Shown here: piece by piece, positions 48,291 to 56,196 of the stretch | Position numbering within the stretch: position 1 is the stretch's first letter | Layout: each line of letters begins with the position of its first letter | Translations under genes and position numbers: made by a program | The notes under the pieces: model-generated | What the model was told of the DNA's origin: nothing | The model's database searches: none | The model's input: only the letters and a program-made list of their open reading frames with translations | DNA from: a virus | Taxonomy: Duplodnaviria > Caudoviricetes | Length of the DNA: 57,729 nucleotides | IMG/VR virus record: IMGVR_UViG_3300008261_000142 | Location: 1 to 57,729 of that record | Direction: 5' to 3' (one strand)

Positions 48291-49010
48291 TCAAAGCTGC
48301 TGAGCGAAAACTAGCCTATTTCTGATAGCCATAGCTGAAGAAGCCTCTTCAGGAGTCCTCATCAGCGCAGGCCAGGTTGGCGTAGTAGCGACTTGAACGA
48401 TATCGCCATGGCTAGCAGCATAGCCTGCCGGCAAGACCAGCTCGCTGTAGGTTCCCCAGACCAGGACAAGAGGCTGTGCTAGGGAGTATTGAAGAGCCGG
48501 GTGGGCGAAGTCGGCAGCCCTGATGCTGACAGTTGCTTGGGCGAACCCCTGGGTTTCCGGGTACCAAACGAACTCAAGGGTGGCATGCCAGACCTGAGCG
48601 TGGCTCGCATGGCACTTCCAGCGAACGCCTGCGCCATCCACAGCGTAGTCCGACCAGTGAAAGTACGAGTCGTTCAGCTTGGGCATGCCGCCCCAGCCGG
48701 CTACAGGCTCGAGAGGAAGCCTAGGCAGCGGACGAGTGACCGGAGCCATCGGCGGCAACGAAACGTCCCGAACCTGGCCGGCGGGGAGGGAAAGCCTGAT
48801 GTCCAAAGGCCACTCGCCTTCGTTGACCTGCTGCCCAACGACCCAAACCACATCGAAGCTGTTGACAGTCCAGCCTGCCGAGTACGGAGGGGGAGTAGTA
48901 AGGACAGTCCGAAGCCATCCATGCCACGGATGGCTGCTCTGGTTTGAGACCCTGACGGTCTGAGCTGCCGCACAAGCGGCCAGAAGCAGTGCAGTAAGCA
49001 AGTGCCGCAT
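48291..49010 (-). CDS. secreted hypothetical protein
   Basis: Signal peptide MRHLLTALLLAACAAA-Q. Confidence 0.7.
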   Translation of the reverse strand: MRHLLTALLLAACAAAQTVRVSNQSSHPWHGWLRTVLTTPPPYSAGWTVNSFDVVWVVGQQVNEGEWPLDIRLSLPAGQVRDVSLPPMAPVTRPLPRLPLEPVAGWGGMPKLNDSYFHWSDYAVDGAGVRWKCHASHAQVWHATLEFVWYPETQGFAQATVSIRAADFAHPALQYSLAQPLVLVWGTYSELVLPAGYAASHGDIVQVATTPTWPALMRTPEEASSAMAIRNRLVFAQQL

Positions 49011-49072
49011 GGCGGCATCTTACTGCAGACCGGAAACCTCCAGAAGTCCCTGCTCTGAGTAGGTCGACTCGC

Positions 49073-49282
49073 TCAGTTCGCCGGTCGGCTTTTCGAGCTC
49101 TTGCACAGAACCTCCAAGGCAGTTTGGGCGTGCAGCAGGCTGAGGTCGCTTTGCGACCGCAGGTGGTTTGAAACAGCAGCTACCACGTTTTCGAGTTTGA
49201 TGATCTGGAGCTGCAGATCCTGATTCTCTACACGCAGCTCTGCAATGGCTCGAGTTAGAGAGATTTCTTTGTCAGTCATCAT
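49073..49282 (-). CDS. coiled-coil hypothetical protein
   Basis: ORF track; heptad pattern. Confidence 0.6.
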   Translation of the reverse strand: MMTDKEISLTRAIAELRVENQDLQLQIIKLENVVAAVSNHLRSQSDLSLLHAQTALEVLCKSSKSRPAN

Positions 49283-49351
49283 CGCGTTTTACTGCTCTTG
49301 ACCAAAACAGCACGAAAACCGGCTGCATGGCTAAGTATACCAAAAGCAGTT

Positions 49352-49498
49352 TCACGGAACAACTGGGCCTTGTGCAAGTGTCCATTCTCCGCAGTTCTGG
49401 CATCCGAACCAGAGTCCTTCGTGGTTGACGAAAATGGAGAAGTGGTGCCTGTGCCACCAGCAGTGCAGCTTCCAACGAAGCTTGATGCGGTTAACCAC
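49352..49498 (-). CDS. small hypothetical (His/Cys-rich) protein
   Basis: GTG start overlapping the upstream stop; HC..H..CQNC. Confidence 0.45.
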   Translation of the reverse strand: MVNRIKLRWKLHCWWHRHHFSIFVNHEGLWFGCQNCGEWTLAQGPVVP

Positions 49499-49814
49499 GG
49501 GACACCTCCTTGTGCTTCGCCAGCAGTTTGCCGTAGCGGCAGTTCCAGTCGGCGGCGTCTCCCCGCGTGATCCAGTCACGCGGCTGACCGTGCGCTCGCA
49601 GCAGTCCCATGGCCTCCCGCAGATCGGCCCGCAGCCGCTCGACCTCGGCGGGCGGCTGCGGCTGCGGCTGCTCGGGCGCGGATGACAGGAACTTGTCTGC
49701 CAACGCCCAGGCGTACTCTGGCAACTTGTACGGATCGCCCCGGTAACCGATCGCCATCCTCAGCATCAGCTTCTCCGCAATGCGCTCGCGGCGGGCGTTC
49801 AGAGACTCAGCCAC
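49491..49814 (-). CDS. hypothetical protein
   Basis: GAGG + GTG start inferred. Confidence 0.55.
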   Translation of the reverse strand: MAESLNARRERIAEKLMLRMAIGYRGDPYKLPEYAWALADKFLSSAPEQPQPQPPAEVERLRADLREAMGLLRAHGQPRDWITRGDAADWNCRYGKLLAKHKEVSRG

Positions 49815-49977
49815 GGGCCACCTCCCGCAGCACGCGGCGGACAACATCAGCAAACCGCTCTTCGTTCTTGCGCCAGTTTCGGGCTTGGCTGCCGGTTTGA
49901 TCGAAGATGAAACGCCAAGCGGCGTCAGTGATGCGCTTCACGGGGGAACTAGGCTTGCGAGGCTTTTTCTTGGTCAC
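49807..49977 (-). CDS. small basic hypothetical protein
   Basis: AAGGAG upstream of GTG. Confidence 0.55.
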   Translation of the reverse strand: MTKKKPRKPSSPVKRITDAAWRFIFDQTGSQARNWRKNEERFADVVRRVLREVARG

Positions 49978-50002
49978 GTTGGATCTCCTTGAGTAAGAGT
50001 TT

Positions 50003-50278
50003 TTACCTTGCCCTGAAGTGCTCGTAAATCGCTTCAGCGATCGTACAGACAAGCTCCTGGGTCCACTCCTCTTCTGTCTTTTTCGACTTTACGATTCTGA
50101 GCACCAGCTCGTCGAACTGGGGGTTAGGGAACAACATCGGTTCGATGGTGAGCCAGGGCGTGATTCGGATGCTGACCTCCCTCTTTCCTACATGGAGGTC
50201 GAGCTCGAACACCCTCCTGACTACCTCTTCCCGCAGAGCAGAATCAGGAATCCCAGGATGATCAGCCATCCAAGCCAC
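50003..50278 (-). CDS. hypothetical protein
   Basis: ORF in a coupled series. Confidence 0.6.
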   Translation of the reverse strand: MAWMADHPGIPDSALREEVVRRVFELDLHVGKREVSIRITPWLTIEPMLFPNPQFDELVLRIVKSKKTEEEWTQELVCTIAEAIYEHFRAR

Positions 50279-50660
50279 TCGTCGGAGTTGGAATTGTTTC
50301 GATTTTGTGCCATTCTTGCTCTGCGTATTGCCTCATGGTTGGAAGTAGAGGGCCAAAGCGGCCTCGTAGATGCTTCTGTACGTTTTGTGGGTGCTTGTCG
50401 AACTTGGCGAGCGCGTATGCGAACAGCGTCGCTACTTGGATCTTCAGAGTCTTGTAGTCTTCTGGCTCTTTGTTGAAGAAGCAGAGGTTTGCAATGAGTG
50501 CGTTGAACGGCAAAGGGACGCAGATCTTGATGTCCCAGTCGATCAACCAGCAGTCGTAGAAGAAGCGGTCGCCGATCTCGTCGACGAGCAGGCAGCCGTA
50601 GGCTGGAATCTCACAGCCGTAGGCGTCCTTGATGGTGTTGAAGAAGGTTTTTTGGTCCAT
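50262..50660 (-). CDS. hypothetical protein
   Basis: TGATG-coupled start MDQKTFF. Confidence 0.65.
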   Translation of the reverse strand: MDQKTFFNTIKDAYGCEIPAYGCLLVDEIGDRFFYDCWLIDWDIKICVPLPFNALIANLCFFNKEPEDYKTLKIQVATLFAYALAKFDKHPQNVQKHLRGRFGPLLPTMRQYAEQEWHKIETIPTPTSGLDG

Positions 50661-50791
50661 CAGCTTTCCTCGACAACTTGCACGCTTTCGTCGTGGCGGA
50701 GCAGCAGAAGCTGGTGCCAGTCCCACTTGTGTGGCTCGATGCTGCAGGTGCTGTCGTAGATGATGCGCAGGGTAACTGTCGCCTCCGTCAT
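50660..50791 (-). CDS. small hypothetical protein
   Basis: ATGA/TGATG coupling on both sides. Confidence 0.5.
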   Translation of the reverse strand: MTEATVTLRIIYDSTCSIEPHKWDWHQLLLLRHDESVQVVEES

Positions 50792-51117
50792 CCCAGGGTT
50801 TGGATCTTGCATAGTTCCTCTTCGATGTCGCGTGTGATGGCCCAGAACGCTGAGCCGGATAGAACTTCCCAAAGGTTGGACTTGCTGTTGAGCTCGATGA
50901 GGCCCTCGTCCCATCCAACATCAGCGTTGGTGGAGTACATCAGGACCATAACAGCCTTCTTGTGGTAGATGTACCACTCGCTGCTTTCTGCAAACTGATG
51001 GATGATCTCGCTTTCTTCAAGCTTCGGATCTTCCTTCATGCACTGCCGCACTTCGTCGGCCATCGATTTGATGCACCGACGGTAGTCTTGTAGAGAGGGC
51101 TCTGTGTTAGATGTCAT
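50788..51117 (-). CDS. hypothetical protein
   Basis: ORF track. Confidence 0.7.
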   Translation of the reverse strand: MTSNTEPSLQDYRRCIKSMADEVRQCMKEDPKLEESEIIHQFAESSEWYIYHKKAVMVLMYSTNADVGWDEGLIELNSKSNLWEVLSGSAFWAITRDIEEELCKIQTLG

Positions 51118-51349
51118 GGTATTCGTCGAAGCTGAAGTGGTCGTGAAGGTTCTTGAAGACCTCCTTGGCGGCCTCGTCCATGATCTTTTTCTCGTTGAGC
51201 GACGCCATGAGGTGCTCGAGCAGGTAGCAGACGCGCATGCGTACGCCGCGCCACTCGGTGTCCGAGAACTCCTTGCAGATGATCTCGGATGTCTTGAGGT
51301 TGCAGTATGGGTCGATGACCCGGATATCCACGGTTTCCTTCTGGCTCAT
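51107..51349 (-). CDS. hypothetical protein (MSQKETV...)
   Basis: AAGGAG RBS before ATG. Confidence 0.65.
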   Translation of the reverse strand: MSQKETVDIRVIDPYCNLKTSEIICKEFSDTEWRGVRMRVCYLLEHLMASLNEKKIMDEAAKEVFKNLHDHFSFDEYHDI

Positions 51350-51351
51350 GT

Positions 51352-51910
51352 TTACTCCTTGTTGGTGAGGTTCTTGATGATCGCTGCTGCCAGCCGCTCG
51401 TAGCTCATCTCTTCGAGCATGAGCCGTGCGAGGTCGTTGAGGTCGATGTTCTCGGCGGCCTTGTCGACGATCTCGCTTACGTCGACGTTTTCGGTGAGCT
51501 GGTCGATGTCGACGGCGTCGACAACACGACTCTCGATGTCGGAGGTGTCCAGGTTGCTGACAACCTCGTCGACGCTCTGTGGATGCCAGGATCTTGTCGA
51601 GAGCTTCGGATGCCTTGGCCTTGATGGCTGAGGCTTCCTCGTCACCGACACTCATCGACTCTTCGACGATCGATTCGATCGTTGCCGAGTTGAGCTTGCT
51701 GAGGGCCTTGGCAAGCAAGGCCCATGGGTTGGCTGCAGCCGCGACGCGCTGTCGGTAGGCCGAGCCCTTCTTGATCGCGCCTGCGATGCGGATGGTGGTG
51801 TCGACCACCATCGTCGTGTTCTCAGGTAGCTCGAGCGACAGGCTCTTGTAGAGCTTATCGTCGATCACCTTGGCCGTTGCGATCTTCGCTGCGGTTTCGT
51901 GGTTGATCAT
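51352..51910 (-). pseudogene. out-of-frame junction of two gene fragments (or a frameshifted gene)
   Basis: Protein-like sequence switches frame near 51575. Confidence 0.5.
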
Positions 51911-52230
51911 AGGTAGTGGAAGTTGCGGAAGAGTTTTCCGGCGCGTGAGATGGCATCCTTGCCATGGAACTCTCGCACCCAGAAGTACTCGTCGACCCAG
52001 ACAGGGCCGACTCCGTCGATGAAGGCGATGTCGTCGCGCTCGAACATGTCTTCGGTCTGCTCTTCAGCCGGGACAGGGTCGCAGAAACGGGCGTGGTACT
52101 CTTCCCACGCTTCTTCTACGGTGCCGCCGACCTGCAGAAGCATCGGGCCGAACTGGCAGCCTACTACGTAGGCCAGGTCGGTTCGGAAACGGCTGGAGAT
52201 CTGGAGGTCTTTGTTCAAGAGTTTTGGCAT
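51907..52230 (-). CDS. hypothetical protein
   Basis: TAATG-coupled. Confidence 0.7.
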   Translation of the reverse strand: MPKLLNKDLQISSRFRTDLAYVVGCQFGPMLLQVGGTVEEAWEEYHARFCDPVPAEEQTEDMFERDDIAFIDGVGPVWVDEYFWVREFHGKDAISRAGKLFRNFHYL

Positions 52231-52457
52231 TACTGCACCTTGAGGAAGGCTGTCTTTTGCAGCCGGCTGTAGCGGATGCGGATCGTCTTCATGCCGATCT
52301 GGGCAAGCTCATCGATGTTGATGTACTTGCCGGAAGGCGTCATGAAGTCCAGCTTCTTGTCGAGGTCCGCCTGGGCTTGCTTGATGGTCGTGTAGTCACG
52401 ACCGTAGGCAGGCACCAGAGGCTCGAGACCACGAAGGTCGATTTCGTAGATGCTCAT
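52230..52457 (-). CDS. hypothetical protein directly downstream of HHR1
   Basis: LVPAYGRDY..DF..YINI; ATG abuts the ribozyme. Confidence 0.75.
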   Translation of the reverse strand: MSIYEIDLRGLEPLVPAYGRDYTTIKQAQADLDKKLDFMTPSGKYINIDELAQIGMKTIRIRYSRLQKTAFLKVQ

Positions 52458-52510
52458 GCGGTTTCGCCCTGCTGGGGCTCATCAGGCACCGAGCTATACG
52501 GTGCGACCGC
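52458..52510 (-). ncRNA. type III hammerhead ribozyme HHR1
   Basis: GCGGUC^GCACCG-UAUAGCU-CGGUGC CUGAUGA GCCC-CAGCA-GGGC GAAACCGC. Confidence 0.95.
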
Positions 52511-52753
52511 TCAGGAGGACTTCTCAAGCTGATCGGCAAGGTTGGCGATCAGGCCAGAGACGCCCATCAAGTGGCTGGCGTACACAGGATCGTGCTCGTC
52601 GTGTGTGTTGGCCTCGTATTCGATGTGTTGTGCCAGCTCGATGAGTTGCTTGACCGCTACGTCAAGCTCCTCCGTGTTCAGGTACTTGCGGCTGAGGTGG
52701 AGCTGGAAGAACAAGCCCGATGGCTGCCCTGAAGGCGTCGATTGGTCGGTCAT
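52511..52753 (-). CDS. hypothetical protein
   Basis: Stop abuts HHR1; start uncertain. Confidence 0.5.
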   Translation of the reverse strand: MTDQSTPSGQPSGLFFQLHLSRKYLNTEELDVAVKQLIELAQHIEYEANTHDEHDPVYASHLMGVSGLIANLADQLEKSS

Positions 52754-52880
52754 AGAGTTCTGTGGTTGAAGGGAACTGGCTCTTGCGAGCCACGGTGATG
52801 ACACCGCGCCACTTGTCGCGGTCTGGGATCACCGCGACTCGGTAGTTGCCGATGGTGGCTTTGTAGACTAGCTCGGGCAT
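52662..52880 (-). CDS. hypothetical protein
   Basis: GGAGA RBS; MPELVYKA. Confidence 0.5.
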   Translation of the reverse strand: MPELVYKATIGNYRVAVIPDRDKWRGVITVARKSQFPSTTELYDRPIDAFRAAIGLVLPAPPQPQVPEHGGA

Positions 52881-53098
52881 TCGAATGTCTCTCCGGTGAC
52901 GAAGTCTTGCGGATGGTCTCCGCAGTTGTCGCAGTAGAAGCACTCTTCAAAGTCTGCGAGCGAGCATGCTTCCATGAAGCCGGATTGCCAGCCGTCCCTG
53001 CGGACGAGCTGGAGATCGACGTACATGAAGGCCTTTTGCCGCAACACGCTGTTGCAGCTAGCACAAAGGTAGTGCTGAACTCGGTTTTGTGGGTCCAT
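52868..53098 (-). CDS. Zn-finger hypothetical protein
   Basis: CASC..CDNC; TGATG-coupled. Confidence 0.6.
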   Translation of the reverse strand: MDPQNRVQHYLCASCNSVLRQKAFMYVDLQLVRRDGWQSGFMEACSLADFEECFYCDNCGDHPQDFVTGETFECPS

Positions 53099-53262
53099 CA
53101 GGGAGTCCTGAGAACGATCTCGCAGATCGGTTCGTGGAGCCTGCAGATCCATAGGTAGCCGTGCTGTCCTTCCTTGGAGTTCTCGGCCTCTTCGACCGAG
53201 TCGAATGGTCCGACGAAGTCGAAGCCTGAGCCGATGTCTCCCATCACTAGTAGGTACTTCAT
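53098..53262 (-). CDS. 54-aa hypothetical protein (below the ORF-track cutoff)
   Basis: MKYLLVMGDIGSGFDFVGPFDSVEEAE..; ATGA and TGATG overlaps. Confidence 0.65.
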   Translation of the reverse strand: MKYLLVMGDIGSGFDFVGPFDSVEEAENSKEGQHGYLWICRLHEPICEIVLRTP

Positions 53263-53951
53263 GCGTGTTGTAGTTCATCGTGGTCGATGAACTCGATGGG
53301 GAGTTCGACGGACCAGCAGAGACCGCAAGTCAGACACGACTCGGTCTTGCCGGTTTGCTCGGGGCAGGTCACAGCACCGGGGACGGATCCCTGCGTGGTT
53401 GCGACGATCTGACCCTTGATGCGCTTGTTGGTGCTGAAGCGCACCCACCAGCGGTCAGGGAAGTCTTTTCGCATGTCGGTGAGGCACTTCCAGCCCTCAC
53501 GGGCGGTGTAGCCGTAGACATGCAGGTTGGTGTGTCGAACGATCAGCTTGCGCCACATCTTGACGTAGCCGTCGGAGTAGAAGTCGCCGAGGATGTGCAG
53601 GCGCACAGCGAAGCCGTGCGGATGCATCCGTGCGAGCTCGGCAACTTCGCTTTGGATCTTGGCCTCGAGTTCGGGGCCATGTTGGAACCGATGTGCGAAC
53701 GGCATTGAGTTGCCGTAGCACTCGGCCCATCTGAGGCAGGTAGACGGGCAGGTTGCTCGCTCTTCGAGCGTGATGCTGAAGAGTGGGAACCCGCGCCACC
53801 GACCCTTGAGGATGGTGCCCTTGCCCTTGCCGAGCTTGCTGTTGTTCGCAACCGGCTTGAGGACATCGCGGCTGTCATCGACAGTGCGACGGCCCTTCGG
53901 ATGGATCGTGCGAGCTTCGGCCAGAGCAGGGTTGCCTGGCTTGAGTTTCAT
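53259..53951 (-). CDS. GP88-family (radical-SAM-like) protein
   Basis: NSKLG, TCPSTC..CYG, RLHILGDFYS, YGYT, CP..C..CGLC. Confidence 0.8.
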   Translation of the reverse strand: MKLKPGNPALAEARTIHPKGRRTVDDSRDVLKPVANNSKLGKGKGTILKGRWRGFPLFSITLEERATCPSTCLRWAECYGNSMPFAHRFQHGPELEAKIQSEVAELARMHPHGFAVRLHILGDFYSDGYVKMWRKLIVRHTNLHVYGYTAREGWKCLTDMRKDFPDRWWVRFSTNKRIKGQIVATTQGSVPGAVTCPEQTGKTESCLTCGLCWSVELPIEFIDHDELQHA

Positions 53952-54004
53952 GCGGTTTCGCCCTGCTGGGGCTCATCAGTCGGCGCGATATACGCCGAGA
54001 CCGC
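53952..54004 (-). ncRNA. type III hammerhead ribozyme HHR2
   Basis: GCGGUC^UCGGCG-UAUAUCG-CGCCGA CUGAUGA GCCC-CAGCA-GGGC GAAACCGC. Confidence 0.95.
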
Positions 54005-54211
54005 TCAGTCATCACGCTCGATGCCAGTGAACTCTACAGATTCACGATCGAGCTCTTCGGATATGCTGACTGTTTCGGGGAAGATCATCTCTTCATGGAT
54101 GATCTTTCTTGCCTGTTCAAGAGTCAGGTTCGGGTTGTCGTGCTCGAAAGAATATTCGAGCTCTTCCCACACCCTGACTACGCGGCTGCCGTAGACGGTG
54201 TACTTGGGCAT
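54005..54211 (-). CDS. acidic hypothetical protein
   Basis: MPKYTVYG..; stop abuts HHR2. Confidence 0.7.
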   Translation of the reverse strand: MPKYTVYGSRVVRVWEELEYSFEHDNPNLTLEQARKIIHEEMIFPETVSISEELDRESVEFTGIERDD

Positions 54212-54420
54212 CAGCAGGCATCCTCCTCGGGCTGTCGTGAAGTGCTGTGGCGAGCGTGGCAATCGCGGAAGAACTGCGAGGACTTGCGGTAGATGTCCCT
54301 GAGCAGATCGACCGATTCCTTGTCTGCGATCAGGTACATCGTTTCCAGAGCAGCCCAGGCTGCGTTGGACAGAGCGATGCTCTGCTGGTACGCGATGGCG
54401 TACTTGGTCTTGTTTTCCAT
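54211..54420 (-). CDS. hypothetical protein downstream of HHR3
   Basis: MENKTKY..; TGATG-coupled to the next gene. Confidence 0.65.
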   Translation of the reverse strand: MENKTKYAIAYQQSIALSNAAWAALETMYLIADKESVDLLRDIYRKSSQFFRDCHARHSTSRQPEEDAC

Positions 54421-54422
54421 GT

Positions 54423-54475
54423 TCGGTTTCGCCCTTCTGGGGCTCATCAGCCGGCGGACTTTACGCCGGGACCGA
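54423..54475 (-). ncRNA. type III hammerhead ribozyme HHR3
   Basis: UCGGUC^CCGGCG-UAAAGUC-CGCCGG CUGAUGA GCCC-CAGAA-GGGC GAAACCGA. Confidence 0.95.
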
Positions 54476-54580
54476 GCACTGGTCCGCGCCGCAGTTGCGG
54501 CAACGGAACCAGTGCAGGTTGCCGAGCTGCCCTAGGAAGAACAGTTCGCCGTAGCAGTGCTTGCAGGTGTCAGGAGTCAT
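54461..54580 (-). CDS. 39-aa Zn-ribbon peptide overlapping HHR3
   Basis: MTPDTCKHCYGELFFLGQLGNLHWFRCRNCGADQCSVPA*. Confidence 0.7.
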   Translation of the reverse strand: MTPDTCKHCYGELFFLGQLGNLHWFRCRNCGADQCSVPA

Positions 54581-54887
54581 GTCGCACTGCTACGTGGACG
54601 TACTTGGCACCTGGCCGTACTTGCTCGCCCTTCCACACCACGGTGTGCGGGGAGTAGTTGTACGAATCGGTCATGCCATCGAACGACCCGTAGGAGTAGT
54701 CGTTCATCAGGTCACGCCAGAACTCCAGCGGCCTGCTCCGATAGGTCTCGAGGTCCACTTCGATGTAGACGCTCGAACCCATGGAGTAGGTGCTGGAACG
54801 GACGGACAGCGGCTTGATGCCGCTGTCCTTGAGATACGACCGGATCGCCTTGGCGGTCTCAGTCGTACTGAGCATTGTAACAGTCAT
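54570..54887 (-). CDS. LPD29-like domain protein
   Basis: ETAKAIR..LSVRS..YS.G.S..FDGMTDSY..GAKYV; GAGGA RBS. Confidence 0.7.
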   Translation of the reverse strand: MTVTMLSTTETAKAIRSYLKDSGIKPLSVRSSTYSMGSSVYIEVDLETYRSRPLEFWRDLMNDYSYGSFDGMTDSYNYSPHTVVWKGEQVRPGAKYVHVAVRHDS

Positions 54888-55086
54888 GTTCCTCTTCGAT
54901 GATGTCCACCAGACCGGCGATGAGCAGTTGCTCGTTGCCGTAGACCGCGTTCGCACCGCAGGTCTCGCACTTGTACTTTCGAGCATCGGGCTCAACTGCG
55001 AACGCTTGCGCGCCGCAGTTGATGCAATGCCCTTCGTTGCTGTCGAACAGTTCGTGTTCGTACAGCTTGAAGCGTTTCTTGATCAT
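54859..55086 (-). CDS. Zn-finger hypothetical protein
   Basis: GHCINCG..VEPDARKYKCETCG..VYG. Confidence 0.8.
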   Translation of the reverse strand: MIKKRFKLYEHELFDSNEGHCINCGAQAFAVEPDARKYKCETCGANAVYGNEQLLIAGLVDIIEEEHDCYNAQYD

Positions 55087-55094
55087 GCTGTTGA

Positions 55095-55763
55095 TCAGTA
55101 GAACAACTCCCTGATCGCATCGGACGGAGTGTCCGACTCGAGGTGGAGTCTGTAGTTGAGCGGATCGTTGATCCCGGCAGGCGGGAACGTGATCAGCTTG
55201 AAGCTCACCGTACGATCGACCGGGTACATCCAGGTTTGGTGAAGCGGCGGTCGTTCGTACTCGGGCAAGTTTGCCGGCTCGCTGGCTCGGACCACTTTGC
55301 GGTAGCCGATCTTGGCGAGCGGGTAGAGGTGCTCGGGAATGATCAGGGACAGCAACAGAATCCTGCTGCCAGCCTTGACGAACCAGTTGAGCGTGGCCGG
55401 GAGGATCGGGTCATTCACTTCGATGTAGACCGGACCAACCCTTTCGGTGGGCCGGACCATCGAGGTGTACAACTCACCGAGACCCCCGATCGGGCACAGC
55501 AAGCTGTGCTGGAACAGCTGGATTGGCTCAGCCGGCAGTCGCGTTTCGGCGATCGCCAGCATGTGCGAAGGCTGAAGATTCCGCCCGAAGCCGACGGTGA
55601 ACTGGTAGCCGCAACCCTTGTAGCCCGAACCAATGTTCGCGCTCGTGGTCAGCCACTCAGGACAGCCGGCATCGATCAGATCGTCAGACACTTCGATGCG
55701 CTGATCGAGCTGCTCCCTTTCGCGCGCTTGCCGAGCAAGCAGATCGCGCATCAGGTGATGCAT
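55095..55763 (-). CDS. hypothetical protein
   Basis: AGGAG RBS. Confidence 0.7.
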   Translation of the reverse strand: MHHLMRDLLARQAREREQLDQRIEVSDDLIDAGCPEWLTTSANIGSGYKGCGYQFTVGFGRNLQPSHMLAIAETRLPAEPIQLFQHSLLCPIGGLGELYTSMVRPTERVGPVYIEVNDPILPATLNWFVKAGSRILLLSLIIPEHLYPLAKIGYRKVVRASEPANLPEYERPPLHQTWMYPVDRTVSFKLITFPPAGINDPLNYRLHLESDTPSDAIRELFY

Positions 55764-55821
55764 AGGTACTCCTAGTGTAGCGAGCCGCCCAAAGTAGGCG
55801 GCTCCCTTGCTAGGCGCACCC

Positions 55822-56196
55822 CTAGAAGAGCATCAGTTGACCCGGATGGTCAACCGGTCGCACGACCCACTCTAGGTGAGCCGTGGTTGCCCAGTCGATC
55901 GAGTGTGCCAGGTCGGCAATCTCGTGCAACAAACCGCACTGCTTGCAGCGGTCTCTTGCGACACGGATTTCTGACAGCTTCTCAGCCAGCTGGTCAGAAC
56001 CGTCTTGATTCAGTTGCCAGACGACGGCGGTCTCGCCGCTGTCGAGCACTATTGTTCGGTATTCGAGTTTGCTCCACTTGCCGATCTCGTCAGCTTGTGA
56101 CGAATAGCCGGTGGGAAAAACTAGAAATGCCGAACAATAATACGAGCCGTGGAAGGCGTGACGCCATTCCAGGTCGAGGATTATTTTTTCGGTCAT
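55822..56196 (-). CDS. hypothetical protein
   Basis: ORF ending QLMLF (beta-clamp-binding-like motif). Confidence 0.6.
   Translation of the reverse strand: MTEKIILDLEWRHAFHGSYYCSAFLVFPTGYSSQADEIGKWSKLEYRTIVLDSGETAVVWQLNQDGSDQLAEKLSEIRVARDRCKQCGLLHEIADLAHSIDWATTAHLEWVVRPVDHPGQLMLF

Noticed and set aside
56070-56100. Additional hammerhead cores (CUGACGA here; CUGAUGA at ~54705 and ~48125; CUGAAGA at ~52062)
   Set aside because: No stem II-GAAA-stem III follows, and they lie inside ORFs
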